Virus record (IMG/VR): IMGVR_UViG_3300017754_002058
Coordinates: 2,227-66,226 of that record
Reading direction: 5' to 3' (one strand)
From: a virus
Taxonomy: Duplodnaviria > Caudoviricetes
DNA: 64,000 nucleotides
A program made the position numbers and the translations under genes. The notes below the pieces were generated by a model. That model ran no database searches. It saw only the letters and a list, made by a program, of their open reading frames with translations, and had not been told where the DNA came from. Of the stretch, positions 7,538 through 15,820 are shown piece after piece (the first letter of the stretch is position 1; every line of letters starts with the position of its first letter).

Positions 7538-7708
7538 CTATTTTTCGTTCATATTTGATATTTCCAGCTCATCATCCTCAATCAAACTACTTTTGTATCC
7601 ACAACCACAAACATAAACGTTAAAAGTATGGTTGTAAACACCTAGTATTGTTTCCGAGTGTGAAAAAGTCGTGGGAGACAGGCAATTTGGACAGTTGTTT
7701 ATTTTCAT
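7538..7708 (-). CDS. Small zinc-ribbon protein (56 aa, not in the ORF track)
   Basis: MKINNCPNC...VYVCGCGY; coupled to the upstream gene by TAATG. Confidence 0.5.
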   Translation of the reverse strand: MKINNCPNCLSPTTFSHSETILGVYNHTFNVYVCGCGYKSSLIEDDELEISNMNEK

Positions 7709-8688
7709 TACATTATCTCCCCGTTTTGAATACGGTAATTAGTTACGTGGTATTTATCTTTTCCACGCCCTTCTATTATTGCAAATCCGTGATTATATTT
7801 AGCGTATTTGGCGTAATCGGGGCGTAATTCGCTTAAACAACCAACCGACCAGCAAGTCGTCATTCTACCGTTCATATCCATTTCGGTATGCTCGGAAGTT
7901 TGGTGAGAGTGACCGCACATAGCACTTGTTTTAGCTCTCATATAAAGACCTCGCGCTACGTTTACTGGACTAAATACACTTCCGCCAAATTCGTGACCGT
8001 GACAAAGGTTTAAGCCCTTGTATTGAGCTGTATCGCTTGGATTGACTTCAATAATTCCAAACTTTTCAAAGTCTAGCAAGTTGCTAAACTCTATCTCATC
8101 CAACCCCTCCAAAGCACTTGCGTTTCTCTTTATGTAAGCCTCATATCTCAATTCGTGGTTTCCTCTTATATAGTAAATACGGGCGTTTCGGAACTTATAG
8201 CGAAGAAAACTAAAGAACTGTTTAGTCATTTGTAACTCCTCTTTCCAATTCCTTTTAAACTTACTTTTTTCAAAACGGCTAATTTCATAAGCATCGATAA
8301 TGTCACCACCTAAAAAGATTGTATCACATTTTCTTCGCACCCCCTCATTGATAGCACAGTGTAAAGCCGCAACATCGTGATAAGGTACGTGAACATCATA
8401 AAGACAAAGAACTTTATTGCCTTCAACTTGAACAAGTGATTTTTGTTTAACGTCGCTTTTAGGTAACTGCTTGAAGGTAGGAACAGAAGCATCAAACTTA
8501 GGCTCTTGTTTCTTTTTGGTAACGTGTGTATGGTAATTTCTTCTTAATGTCCCATCACCTACCCCATACTCTTTTGCCAACCTTCTTAAGTAAGCACTTT
8601 GACTTTCGTGTTCTTGTTGCGGATTGTCTTTAAAAACCTCAATCCATTTAGATGGCTGTTTGTTGTTCATTTGTTTTGTTTTCGTCAA
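7708..8688 (-). CDS. Calcineurin-like metallophosphoesterase with N-terminal HTH-like region
   Basis: DVHVPYH, GGDIID, RGNHE, HGHE and GHSHQ motifs. Confidence 0.85.
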   Translation of the reverse strand: MTKTKQMNNKQPSKWIEVFKDNPQQEHESQSAYLRRLAKEYGVGDGTLRRNYHTHVTKKKQEPKFDASVPTFKQLPKSDVKQKSLVQVEGNKVLCLYDVHVPYHDVAALHCAINEGVRRKCDTIFLGGDIIDAYEISRFEKSKFKRNWKEELQMTKQFFSFLRYKFRNARIYYIRGNHELRYEAYIKRNASALEGLDEIEFSNLLDFEKFGIIEVNPSDTAQYKGLNLCHGHEFGGSVFSPVNVARGLYMRAKTSAMCGHSHQTSEHTEMDMNGRMTTCWSVGCLSELRPDYAKYAKYNHGFAIIEGRGKDKYHVTNYRIQNGEIM

Positions 8689-9094
8689 TACTATTTTGAT
8701 ACACCAACGTAGTGCCGTATTTACAGTTACTCCACGCTTGGATAAATACGTCGAAATCTATATCAACGATGTATTCGTGCCCCAAGTCGGTTATAACTTT
8801 TGTAATTAAATAGGTTGATTCTTCTTCGTTGTCGCTCTCGGTGTAGAAATAACCAATCGCTTCCTTCACGCTCATTAGGTCTAGCCCTATCGGATGCCAC
8901 TCGGCAATAGTCTCAGCCAGTTCAGGATACATTCTTTGCGCGTCCTCTAAACTAACCCCCATTGACATTGCCTTTTCAGCTATTAGGCTATCGGAACTCT
9001 GCAAATATGTAGTAACGTATATCTTCGGTGTTGCTTCCATCGGACTGCTATTTACGAGTTCGTTGAATACAAATATACCCCGATTTTTGGTCAA
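8648..9094 (-). CDS. Hypothetical protein
   Basis: 148-aa ORF within the operon; start uncertain. Confidence 0.45.
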   Translation of the reverse strand: MTKNRGIFVFNELVNSSPMEATPKIYVTTYLQSSDSLIAEKAMSMGVSLEDAQRMYPELAETIAEWHPIGLDLMSVKEAIGYFYTESDNEEESTYLITKVITDLGHEYIVDIDFDVFIQAWSNCKYGTTLVYQNSIDENKTNEQQTAI

Positions 9095-9110
9095 GGCTAT
9101 ATAATTTGTA

Positions 9111-9536
9111 TTAAAAAATTTCCATTTGTTCGTTAGGCAACGGTATAATTATGCCTAGTATTTCCGCTCCAAACCGCACAACCCTTTCAATGTACTCACT
9201 AAACTCCTCCGTGCTTAGTGCTGACGTGCCTTTCGGTATCTTAAACACTTCTCCCGTGTTCTCGTTAACAACCTCTTTGTAGTTAAAACTAGCCTTTAAA
9301 AAGTCGTGGGTTTCCTCCAAGTCTACGTCGTGACCCAGCTCTATCAATCGTCTGCATACCATTTGGTTGACCACCGCCCATAAATACGAGTTTTGGCTAT
9401 TACTCCGTTTCTTCTTCTTCTCCTTAATTTCCATCATATAGTCCCCATCTCTTAGACAAGCAATGGTGCCATTAAAAAGCGGGCGGTTGGTTAGGGATAG
9501 AGTTCCTTTATTTACTTTAGCTTGGAAGCAATGCAT
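9111..9536 (-). CDS. NinB/DUF1367-like recombination-associated protein
   Basis: KKRSNSQNSYLWAVV...EETHDFLK...TSALSTEEFSEYIERV. Confidence 0.65.
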   Translation of the reverse strand: MHCFQAKVNKGTLSLTNRPLFNGTIACLRDGDYMMEIKEKKKKRSNSQNSYLWAVVNQMVCRRLIELGHDVDLEETHDFLKASFNYKEVVNENTGEVFKIPKGTSALSTEEFSEYIERVVRFGAEILGIIIPLPNEQMEIF

Positions 9537-10164
9537 CTCCTTCTTTATTTGGTTTTATGTTGTAATAGTAACTGTCGGAATCCTCTGAAACCCATTTGTC
9601 GGATTGAGCCTCAACAGACTCAATGTGAGTGTCAACCTTGAACGTAGAAGGCTCCATAGGGAATTGTTTTGTTACCCAGTTAGAGTCTCTCCAAAATATT
9701 CTATTGTTAGGCTGACAAAGCAAGTACCCATCATCAGCTATGAGTATATGCCCGCACTTGTAGTCAGAAGGTTCATCCGAGTACGGGTTTCTATACCAAT
9801 CAACAGTCATAAGGTAGGTAGCCCATATCTTATTACCATCTTTTAAGACCACCTGACACCTTTTCTCGTAAAGATAGTCGTAGGTAATTACACTTACATT
9901 TTCAGAGAAACAATCCCAAAGTTGCTTGAAGTGAAATGGAATGTCGTGCTTAGGCTCTTCCATAAATATCTCGGATATAGGAACTCTTGACCGTAGCATA
10001 CCGTATTCAGTCATAACGTGGAAGGTTAGTATCTTACCAGCTACCGACTGTATAGCAAAAGCATAGGCTTTGTGGTATGTGTTTTCATCCTCTTCCCTTT
10101 TAGTGAAGTGAGATGCCCTTACATAGCACTTAAACAGCTCTATGTTCTCGTTTAGTTTACTCAT
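9517..10164 (-). CDS. Conserved phage protein of unknown function
   Basis: LWDCFS...YLMTVDW...HIL...G...CQPNNRIFWRD pattern recalled from aquatic phages. Confidence 0.6.
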   Translation of the reverse strand: MSKLNENIELFKCYVRASHFTKREEDENTYHKAYAFAIQSVAGKILTFHVMTEYGMLRSRVPISEIFMEEPKHDIPFHFKQLWDCFSENVSVITYDYLYEKRCQVVLKDGNKIWATYLMTVDWYRNPYSDEPSDYKCGHILIADDGYLLCQPNNRIFWRDSNWVTKQFPMEPSTFKVDTHIESVEAQSDKWVSEDSDSYYYNIKPNKEGDALLPS

Positions 10165-10331
10165 TATATATAGTAATTAAATAATTGCTCCTTCGATTGA
10201 AACACACCATCACTAGTGGTAAACTTACCACCTAACGTACACACGCTACAAATGATATTATCTCCCTTCATCAAAAGGAAGTAAGAACGCGTAATAGGTA
10301 TCAAGGTCATAGTGCCTGCTTTTTCCTTCAT
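10164..10331 (-). CDS. Hypothetical protein (55 aa, not in the ORF track)
   Basis: MKEKAGTMTLIP...; TAATG coupling to the next gene. Confidence 0.4.
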   Translation of the reverse strand: MKEKAGTMTLIPITRSYFLLMKGDNIICSVCTLGGKFTTSDGVFQSKEQLFNYYI

Positions 10332-10429
10332 CGTGATGCAATTTAATACGATATGATGCTATTATGCTTCATCTCTTTGTTACCAAACAAATGTACGTAA
10401 ATAGACAACAAAAGAGAATGTAAGAAATG

Positions 10430-11008
10430 TTAAAACTCCCCATCACCACCAGTCTTAGGTTCGTAAACAACTACGTAATCACTATACTTCTTAATCCTAC
10501 TACCGTTAAAATAAATAGCAGGGTTTATCCAAAACACATCCTTGTGATTCATCATAGGGTAAATATAACAGTACCTACACAACTCATCAATAGCCTTCTT
10601 ATAAGTAGCCAACAACGTAGTACCCGACTCATCCATATACCTTACGTGGTTAATCCACAAGTAATCCTTGTTAATGTCCAGCTCATACGTTATCCATACA
10701 AACAACCGCATAGCACTAGCACTTAGACCCATCGTCATTAACCTATTAGCCGACTTATTGTAAATACTAGTCTTAGTATCCCGCTCCATATCATAATAAC
10801 TCTCAACCAAGTCCCCGTCACCATCCCTCTCATACTTACCCTGATTCAACTTCTTACCAACCAAAACCTGAAAGTCATTAGACACAAAAGGATTAACACC
10901 AATCTTACTCTCATCAACCACCTCACGCTTAGGTCTGCTAGAACTACTCGTAACCTCAATATTAAGTTTCTTTAAAATTCGATTTGCTTTGCGTTTCTTG
11001 TTATCCAT
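10430..11008 (-). CDS. repL: RepL-like (plasmid replication-type) wHTH protein
   Basis: LSASAMRLFVWI...TYKKAIDEL....I......VFWINPAIYFNGSR. Confidence 0.6.
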   Translation of the reverse strand: MDNKKRKANRILKKLNIEVTSSSSRPKREVVDESKIGVNPFVSNDFQVLVGKKLNQGKYERDGDGDLVESYYDMERDTKTSIYNKSANRLMTMGLSASAMRLFVWITYELDINKDYLWINHVRYMDESGTTLLATYKKAIDELCRYCYIYPMMNHKDVFWINPAIYFNGSRIKKYSDYVVVYEPKTGGDGEF

Positions 11009-11980
11009 TTGAAATTTAGTTAGTTACGGGGATTTATTGAAAGGTTGGATTCGTCAAGTATACTCTCTGACGAAATGAGTTTTTGCAAATATACTAACAA
11101 GTTGCTGAAAATAAGCGGTATAGGGGTAGGTTTAACAAAAATTGGATTTAACTTTTATTGTGATTTGTACGGATATAACAAAGAATATGGTTAGAACTGA
11201 CCGAAATTGAGGAAAGGTGAACGTAACAAGCTGGAGCTACAAAACGACAATAGTAGTCAGATTGAAATTGAGAAAAGTGAACGTGATAAACTAGGAATGA
11301 AAAGTGAAATGTGTGAACGTACCGAAGAGGAATAGCGTAAAATGGTTTTGGGAAAATATGAACGTATGAGAGGGGTAGTCCCCCCACCAACCTCTCACCC
11401 CACCGCCCCCACCGAACTCGAATTTTACGGAACGGGTACCCTCGAAAAATTGAAAATTGACAAAATAGAGTTTTAATAGAGAAGCTAGAGTTTTTTTCTT
11501 CCAACCTAGAAAGGAAAGAAAACACATAATAATTAGTTATGTATAGTCTAAACAAATGTTAAAATAGTATAAGCATAAAAACCAGTAAAAAAAAGTCAGT
11601 AAACACACCTTATATATATAGTATAAAGTACGGGCGCGAATAGGCGCAAGGTAGAAAGCTATTGAATAGGTGAGAAGGTAGAAAGTAGCTAGTGAATAGG
11701 TAGAGTAAGTAGCACCCCCACAACCCCACAATTTACCCCCTCAAACTTTGCTCTAAAAGGGTGCAAAATTTCGTTTTTTCTTGCGTTTCTTTTGTATGTT
11801 TTAGGCTCTTTTGGTGTTTATTTTTATACGAATTTCGTATATTTTAGAAAAAATCTTTCGTTGATACTCAACAAGTTACGGGGATAATTGTTAACAAATG
11901 TTAAAAAATGGGGTGTAGGTCTTGACAATATGAAAAATAGTCGTATGTTTGTCCCACAATAACGAACAAACAATAACACA
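11009..11980. other. Divergent non-coding region; candidate genome terminus or packaging/control region
   Basis: Strand switch; no credible ORF; repeated (G)TGAACGT, G/C-run hairpins, a purine-rich tract and palindromes. Confidence 0.55.
11922..11951 (+). promoter_or_regulatory. Early promoter (Bacteroidetes sigmaA consensus)
   Basis: TTG-N19-TATGTTTG, 29 nt upstream of the first plus-strand ATG. Confidence 0.8.
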
Positions 11981-12340
11981 ATGTATAAGATAGCTTTTCA
12001 CCTAGCAAAGGGCGCAAACTTTCAAAAGTTTCAAATAAGGGACGCTAACAACGAAGCGACATATATAGAGCCTAACGAATTCGATATCATTTTACATAAT
12101 TGCAAGTTAAAAAACCAGAAGGGCGCGTCACTTCGCATTTTTAACGGCGGCGCAAAAGAACGTTGCTCGTGGATAGAGTTCGAGTCTTATGAAGTGGTAG
12201 CTAAGGCTAACTATGTATCGGATATTGAAGTACGTTTTAACCCTAGAGTGAGCCCGACGTGGCTAGTTGGCGGTATTGAGAACCAAGATAATAGCACGTT
12301 CGCTCAATTACGTACCAACGGACGCAAACTATACAAATAA
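11981..12340 (+). CDS. Conserved phage early protein of unknown function
   Basis: FHLAKG.NF.K.QI...CKL.NQ...WI...FNPR..P.W pattern; first gene after the promoter. Confidence 0.65.
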   Translation: MYKIAFHLAKGANFQKFQIRDANNEATYIEPNEFDIILHNCKLKNQKGASLRIFNGGAKERCSWIEFESYEVVAKANYVSDIEVRFNPRVSPTWLVGGIENQDNSTFAQLRTNGRKLYK

Positions 12341-12360
12341 ACAATTTAATATATAACACA

Positions 12361-12510
12361 ATGAAAAATCAAAAAACAATTTTAACCGCTCTTATTTTAG
12401 TAGTAACTATCGCGGTGCTTTCCTCTTGTCAAGGTAAAAGCCTCACCAGTAGCTCACACTATACCAAATGTACAAAGAATGGTCTAGACGGGTGCGCGTG
12501 GCACCACTAA
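12361..12510 (+). CDS. Micro-lipoprotein (49 aa, not in the ORF track)
   Basis: MKNQKTILTALILVVTIAVLSS-C signal peptide with LSSC lipobox; mature part CQGKSLTSSSHYTKCTKNGLDGCAWHH. Confidence 0.7.
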   Translation: MKNQKTILTALILVVTIAVLSSCQGKSLTSSSHYTKCTKNGLDGCAWHH

Positions 12511-12528
12511 GCAAACAACGACCCCAAC

Positions 12529-12557
12529 GCCCCACCTCTACCAAGTTGTGGGGTTTT
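12529..12557 (+). terminator. Possible weak intrinsic terminator after the lipoprotein gene
   Basis: CCCCAC-N12-GTGGGG followed by TTTT. Confidence 0.35.
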
Positions 12558-12595
12558 AGGGTGCAAAACAATAACAACAATTTAAAATTAACTTT

Positions 12596-12730
12596 ATGAA
12601 ATTTGCTCTCTTAATTTCTTCGCTCGCTTGTATGGTTGCAAGCGCTTGTATCGGTGACCTGTTTTTATTTGGTATATCGGTCGTATCGGTTTTTAGTTCA
12701 ATTCTTTTAAACTTTCAAAAATCAAAGTAA
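12596..12730 (+). CDS. Small membrane protein (44 aa, not in the ORF track)
   Basis: MKFALLISSLACMVASACIGDLFLFGISVVSVFSSILLNFQKSK; two hydrophobic segments. Confidence 0.55.
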   Translation: MKFALLISSLACMVASACIGDLFLFGISVVSVFSSILLNFQKSK

Positions 12731-12731
12731 T

Positions 12732-13046
12732 ATGAAAAACTCAAACTCAAACAACGTGACAACGCTAGACATAAACGCGCTTACTTGGTTCGACAAGGTA
12801 AACGGGAATAGTTATTTTAGCGCGCAGATAGTAGTTGACTACGGGACACCTAGCGAACACACTATAAAATTGCCTTTCCAATACGGGTATGGTGACCAAT
12901 ATAGGTACGAAGCAATAAACGAACTAGTAAAACTAGGTTACGTGCCGGAGCGCACTAGCTTTTACGACCTTAAAGAGTCGGGTATTATTTGTCGCTTTTC
13001 TAAAATAGACGCTAAAAAAGCGGAAGTAAAACAATTCGCACTATAA
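12732..13046 (+). CDS. Conserved phage early protein of unknown function
   Basis: WFDKVNGNSYFS...PFQYGYGDQY motif. Confidence 0.65.
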   Translation: MKNSNSNNVTTLDINALTWFDKVNGNSYFSAQIVVDYGTPSEHTIKLPFQYGYGDQYRYEAINELVKLGYVPERTSFYDLKESGIICRFSKIDAKKAEVKQFAL

Positions 13047-13060
13047 AACAACATACAACA

Positions 13061-13339
13061 ATGAAAACGCTACAAACCTTTGCCGCTTCTAACAATTTAA
13101 GAATTGAGCCGATTACATACCGAACTAGTGGCATACGATTAAAACGTAAAGGGTACGACCTAATAAGAAACGAGAACGAGATACTTATCTCTTTTGAGCC
13201 TATGAGCTTAACGGGCAGTAAATGGTTCGTTCGTAATTCATACGAGGGATATGAGGGTAAAATTTATTTAGAAAGAATCACACCCGCTTTTTTAGCCAGC
13301 TTAGATATAACCGCGCCTATATTCAATAGACTAAAATAA
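13061..13339 (+). CDS. Hypothetical early protein
   Basis: 92-aa ORF with an ACAATG start context. Confidence 0.55.
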   Translation: MKTLQTFAASNNLRIEPITYRTSGIRLKRKGYDLIRNENEILISFEPMSLTGSKWFVRNSYEGYEGKIYLERITPAFLASLDITAPIFNRLK

Positions 13340-13353
13340 TAACACGCAATAAG

Positions 13354-13518
13354 ATGAAAACTTTTAAATTCGAAATGTTTACACGAACACCGCAAGGTCA
13401 GGAGTTTACAATAGGCAGTAAAACGATAGACGCGCCTAACTACGATAACGCATTGAAAGAGTTTAATAAATTAAATTTACCCTTTCACCACTTCGCACTA
13501 GTAAAAAAAATTAAATAA
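13354..13518 (+). CDS. Hypothetical early protein (54 aa, not in the ORF track)
   Basis: MKTFKFEMFTRTPQGQEF...; fills the gap between neighbours. Confidence 0.5.
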   Translation: MKTFKFEMFTRTPQGQEFTIGSKTIDAPNYDNALKEFNKLNLPFHHFALVKKIK

Positions 13519-13527
13519 TACAAAACA

Positions 13528-13932
13528 ATGAGACAAGACACAACATTTAGACACTTACCAGCAGAAGTAAGAAACGAACTAATAACGCACGCTATCGAAG
13601 GTATAAGAGACCGCGCAGAGGGTACTCTAGGTTGCGACCTTCACAACCTCTTATTCAATGAAGACTACTATTTAATTGGGCGCTATGAGGCGGAACAATG
13701 GTTAATTAAGGTAGGTATTTTCAACGCTATTGATACAGTCACAGATTACGAGCAAAGTAATTTTGGCGAAGTTATTACCGACCTAAGCGAACCCGAGCGC
13801 GTATGCAATATGTTTGTTTATATTGTAGGTGAAGAGTTACTAGGTGAGCTGGAAACCTTGCGCGAAAAATGGGACGACGAACTAAGCGAAAGCGATATTG
13901 AAGTTATCGTTGAAGAACTAGAGAACCTATAA
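13528..13932 (+). CDS. Highly acidic Ocr-like candidate anti-restriction DNA mimic
   Basis: DLHNLLFNEDYYLIG.Y.A.QWL...YEQ.NFGEV.TDLS.PE.V.NM.VYIVGEE; about 30 D/E versus about 10 K/R by hand count. Confidence 0.5.
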   Translation: MRQDTTFRHLPAEVRNELITHAIEGIRDRAEGTLGCDLHNLLFNEDYYLIGRYEAEQWLIKVGIFNAIDTVTDYEQSNFGEVITDLSEPERVCNMFVYIVGEELLGELETLREKWDDELSESDIEVIVEELENL

Positions 13933-13951
13933 ACACAATACACATAAAACA

Positions 13952-14179
13952 ATGAAAACAACAATAGACAACAATTTACGAGTTTACCACGTAGTGACCA
14001 CTAGCGGAAAACAATTCTTTTGCAATATAGACCAGCTCAACTATGTAATAAATTCCGAATGTAAAAAAGGCGAATTTAAAATATATCATTTTTGGAACAA
14101 TAAACCCCAACGATTAACAAAAAAAGACCTTCAAGCAATGTTTGAAGGCTCGCAGTTAACTCAAGAATTTAGCTACTAA
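13952..14179 (+). CDS. Hypothetical early protein
   Basis: 75-aa ORF with an AAAACAATG start. Confidence 0.55.
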   Translation: MKTTIDNNLRVYHVVTTSGKQFFCNIDQLNYVINSECKKGEFKIYHFWNNKPQRLTKKDLQAMFEGSQLTQEFSY

Positions 14180-14265
14180 TGACACCCCCCAAAATATTAA
14201 ACATATTTTTAACCATCTTATTCATAGCTTATTTAATGTGGCTATGGACTTGGATAATACAATAA
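14179..14265 (+). CDS. Single-pass membrane micropeptide (28 aa, not in the ORF track)
   Basis: MTPPKILNIFLTILFIAYLMWLWTWIIQ; TAATG coupling. Confidence 0.45.
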   Translation: MTPPKILNIFLTILFIAYLMWLWTWIIQ

Positions 14266-14269
14266 AACA

Positions 14270-14467
14270 ATGGACAACGTAAAAACAAACTACCAGCTCT
14301 GCAAAGAAGAATATATAAAACTATGTAAAGAGTTCGGGTCGCATTCAATAGATATGGCAATAGGAGACCTAAAAGCATATTACACTTATGTTTGGAAAGA
14401 TAACCTGCAAAAGGCTTTCGTTGAAATGCTAAACGCGCCTTGTCACGACTGGCAAGCGGACTGTTAA
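14270..14467 (+). CDS. Hypothetical early protein
   Basis: 65-aa ORF with an AAAACAATG start. Confidence 0.5.
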   Translation: MDNVKTNYQLCKEEYIKLCKEFGSHSIDMAIGDLKAYYTYVWKDNLQKAFVEMLNAPCHDWQADC

Positions 14468-14488
14468 AAAATCAAACCACGTAAAGCA

Positions 14489-14635
14489 ATGAAGCAAAAA
14501 ATCGAGCAGCTATACTTAAGCTATGTAAACGACTTTTTAACAGTCGAAAGATTCGCTGGACACTACAATATTTCAGTAGAAAAGGCAAATAAAATAATCA
14601 ATCTAGGAAGAAAACTAAACAACGTAAAGCAATGA
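14489..14635 (+). CDS. Small conserved phage protein (48 aa, not in the ORF track)
   Basis: LYLSYVNDFLTVERFAGHYNIS...A..II..G pattern; ATGA overlap with the next gene. Confidence 0.55.
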   Translation: MKQKIEQLYLSYVNDFLTVERFAGHYNISVEKANKIINLGRKLNNVKQ

Positions 14636-14880
14636 AAACAGAATACACAAAACCACGCGCTTTTGTTAAGTTAACTAAAAATCAAGTAATTGAAGCTATG
14701 GAAAATGGCGCAATACTTACAAAGAATTATTGCGTTTATTCTTATTGGGACTTAACTTTTCCTGATGGCAGCCGTTTTTATAACATAAGAAAAGGAGCGG
14801 CAGAAAGCGCAAGGGCTAGTAAAAATGTAATATTATTAGAAGCTACTAAAAACGGTAGTTCATACAAGATTACCAAATAA
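14632..14880 (+). CDS. Hypothetical early protein
   Basis: 82-aa ORF. Confidence 0.5.
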   Translation: MKTEYTKPRAFVKLTKNQVIEAMENGAILTKNYCVYSYWDLTFPDGSRFYNIRKGAAESARASKNVILLEATKNGSSYKITK

Positions 14881-14908
14881 AGCATAAACCCCCAACAAAT
14901 ATAAAACT

Positions 14909-15313
14909 ATGAAACAACAATTTACCAACGCGCTATTTTTAGTAGATACTAAAAACGTTAAGACCGTATTAAACTGCTCACAATGGGACTACCAATATAG
15001 CGGATACCAAACTAAAGGCTCAACTATTTTATCAATCATTAATAGACTAGAAAAGGGACTATTTAGCGAAAAGGCAGTTATTGAAAAGCTGGAAGAGTGC
15101 AAAGCCTACGACTCTAGGTTAAACCCAATTCCGTTCGATGATTACTATAACACTATTCATCCCTACAATGAGGGCGAAGAGTTAAACATTGCCGACCTGA
15201 TTGACAACGTAAATTATTGGTTCGCTCAATTCATCGCTGGCGATATGGCAGCGGCATTGATACCCTACGAACACAAACACGTTCTAGAATCATATACTTT
15301 TTTTATCAAATAA
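14909..15313 (+). CDS. Hypothetical early protein
   Basis: 134-aa ORF with an AAATAAAACTATG start. Confidence 0.55.
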   Translation: MKQQFTNALFLVDTKNVKTVLNCSQWDYQYSGYQTKGSTILSIINRLEKGLFSEKAVIEKLEECKAYDSRLNPIPFDDYYNTIHPYNEGEELNIADLIDNVNYWFAQFIAGDMAAALIPYEHKHVLESYTFFIK

Positions 15314-15329
15314 CAATACAAATAAAACT

Positions 15330-15656
15330 ATGAAGCAATTAATAGACCTTTGCGCCTCTATAATCGAGGCAACCGACGCGCCTATCTTAACAGCCTTAAC
15401 CAATTCTATTTTTACCGAAAACAAACACGGAATAGACAAGGTTGTAATTGATAGTAATGACGCAATATTAACCGTAGAATTCACCCCAAAATTAAACGAC
15501 TTATATACCCAAGTTACCGTAAACCTAAAACAATACGCAGACCGCCCGCCAGTTGAAGTAATTGAGGAACTGACTAAAATAGCGGCAACAGAATGGAAAG
15601 AATGCGATAGCGAATGTTTGATTGACAACAAAATAAAAAACCTATTGAAAAGATGA
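15330..15656 (+). CDS. Hypothetical early protein
   Basis: 108-aa ORF with an AAATAAAACTATG start. Confidence 0.55.
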   Translation: MKQLIDLCASIIEATDAPILTALTNSIFTENKHGIDKVVIDSNDAILTVEFTPKLNDLYTQVTVNLKQYADRPPVEVIEELTKIAATEWKECDSECLIDNKIKNLLKR

Positions 15657-15820
15657 AAAAAGATATTAAAAAACTTATTGAAGCGTTAAGGCAAAACAAC
15701 CTAGAGCGCAACATAAAAATTAACGACAGCGACACCGATGAAGTCGAAAAATCCTATCAAATCGGTTCGTATAACACCACTATTGATTTTATTAGACAAC
15801 TAGAAAAACTACTAAAATGA
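15653..15820 (+). CDS. Hypothetical protein (55 aa, not in the ORF track)
   Basis: ATGA overlaps on both sides. Confidence 0.5.
   Translation: MKKDIKKLIEALRQNNLERNIKINDSDTDEVEKSYQIGSYNTTIDFIRQLEKLLK

Noticed and set aside
11148-11731. Minus-strand ORFs of 135, 78 and 64 aa
   Set aside because: Low-complexity F/Y/L-rich translations of a purine-biased non-coding tract; no start signals
11716-12555. 10-bp long-range inverted repeat (AACCCCACAA at 11723-11732 and TTGTGGGGTT at 12546-12555)
   Set aside because: One arm lies upstream of the early promoter, so it is not co-transcribed; low-complexity C runs make chance likely
14632-14880. Tad2/DUF2829-like sponge (VIEAMENGAILTK)
   Set aside because: Only a vague N-terminal resemblance; the remaining conserved motifs are not seen
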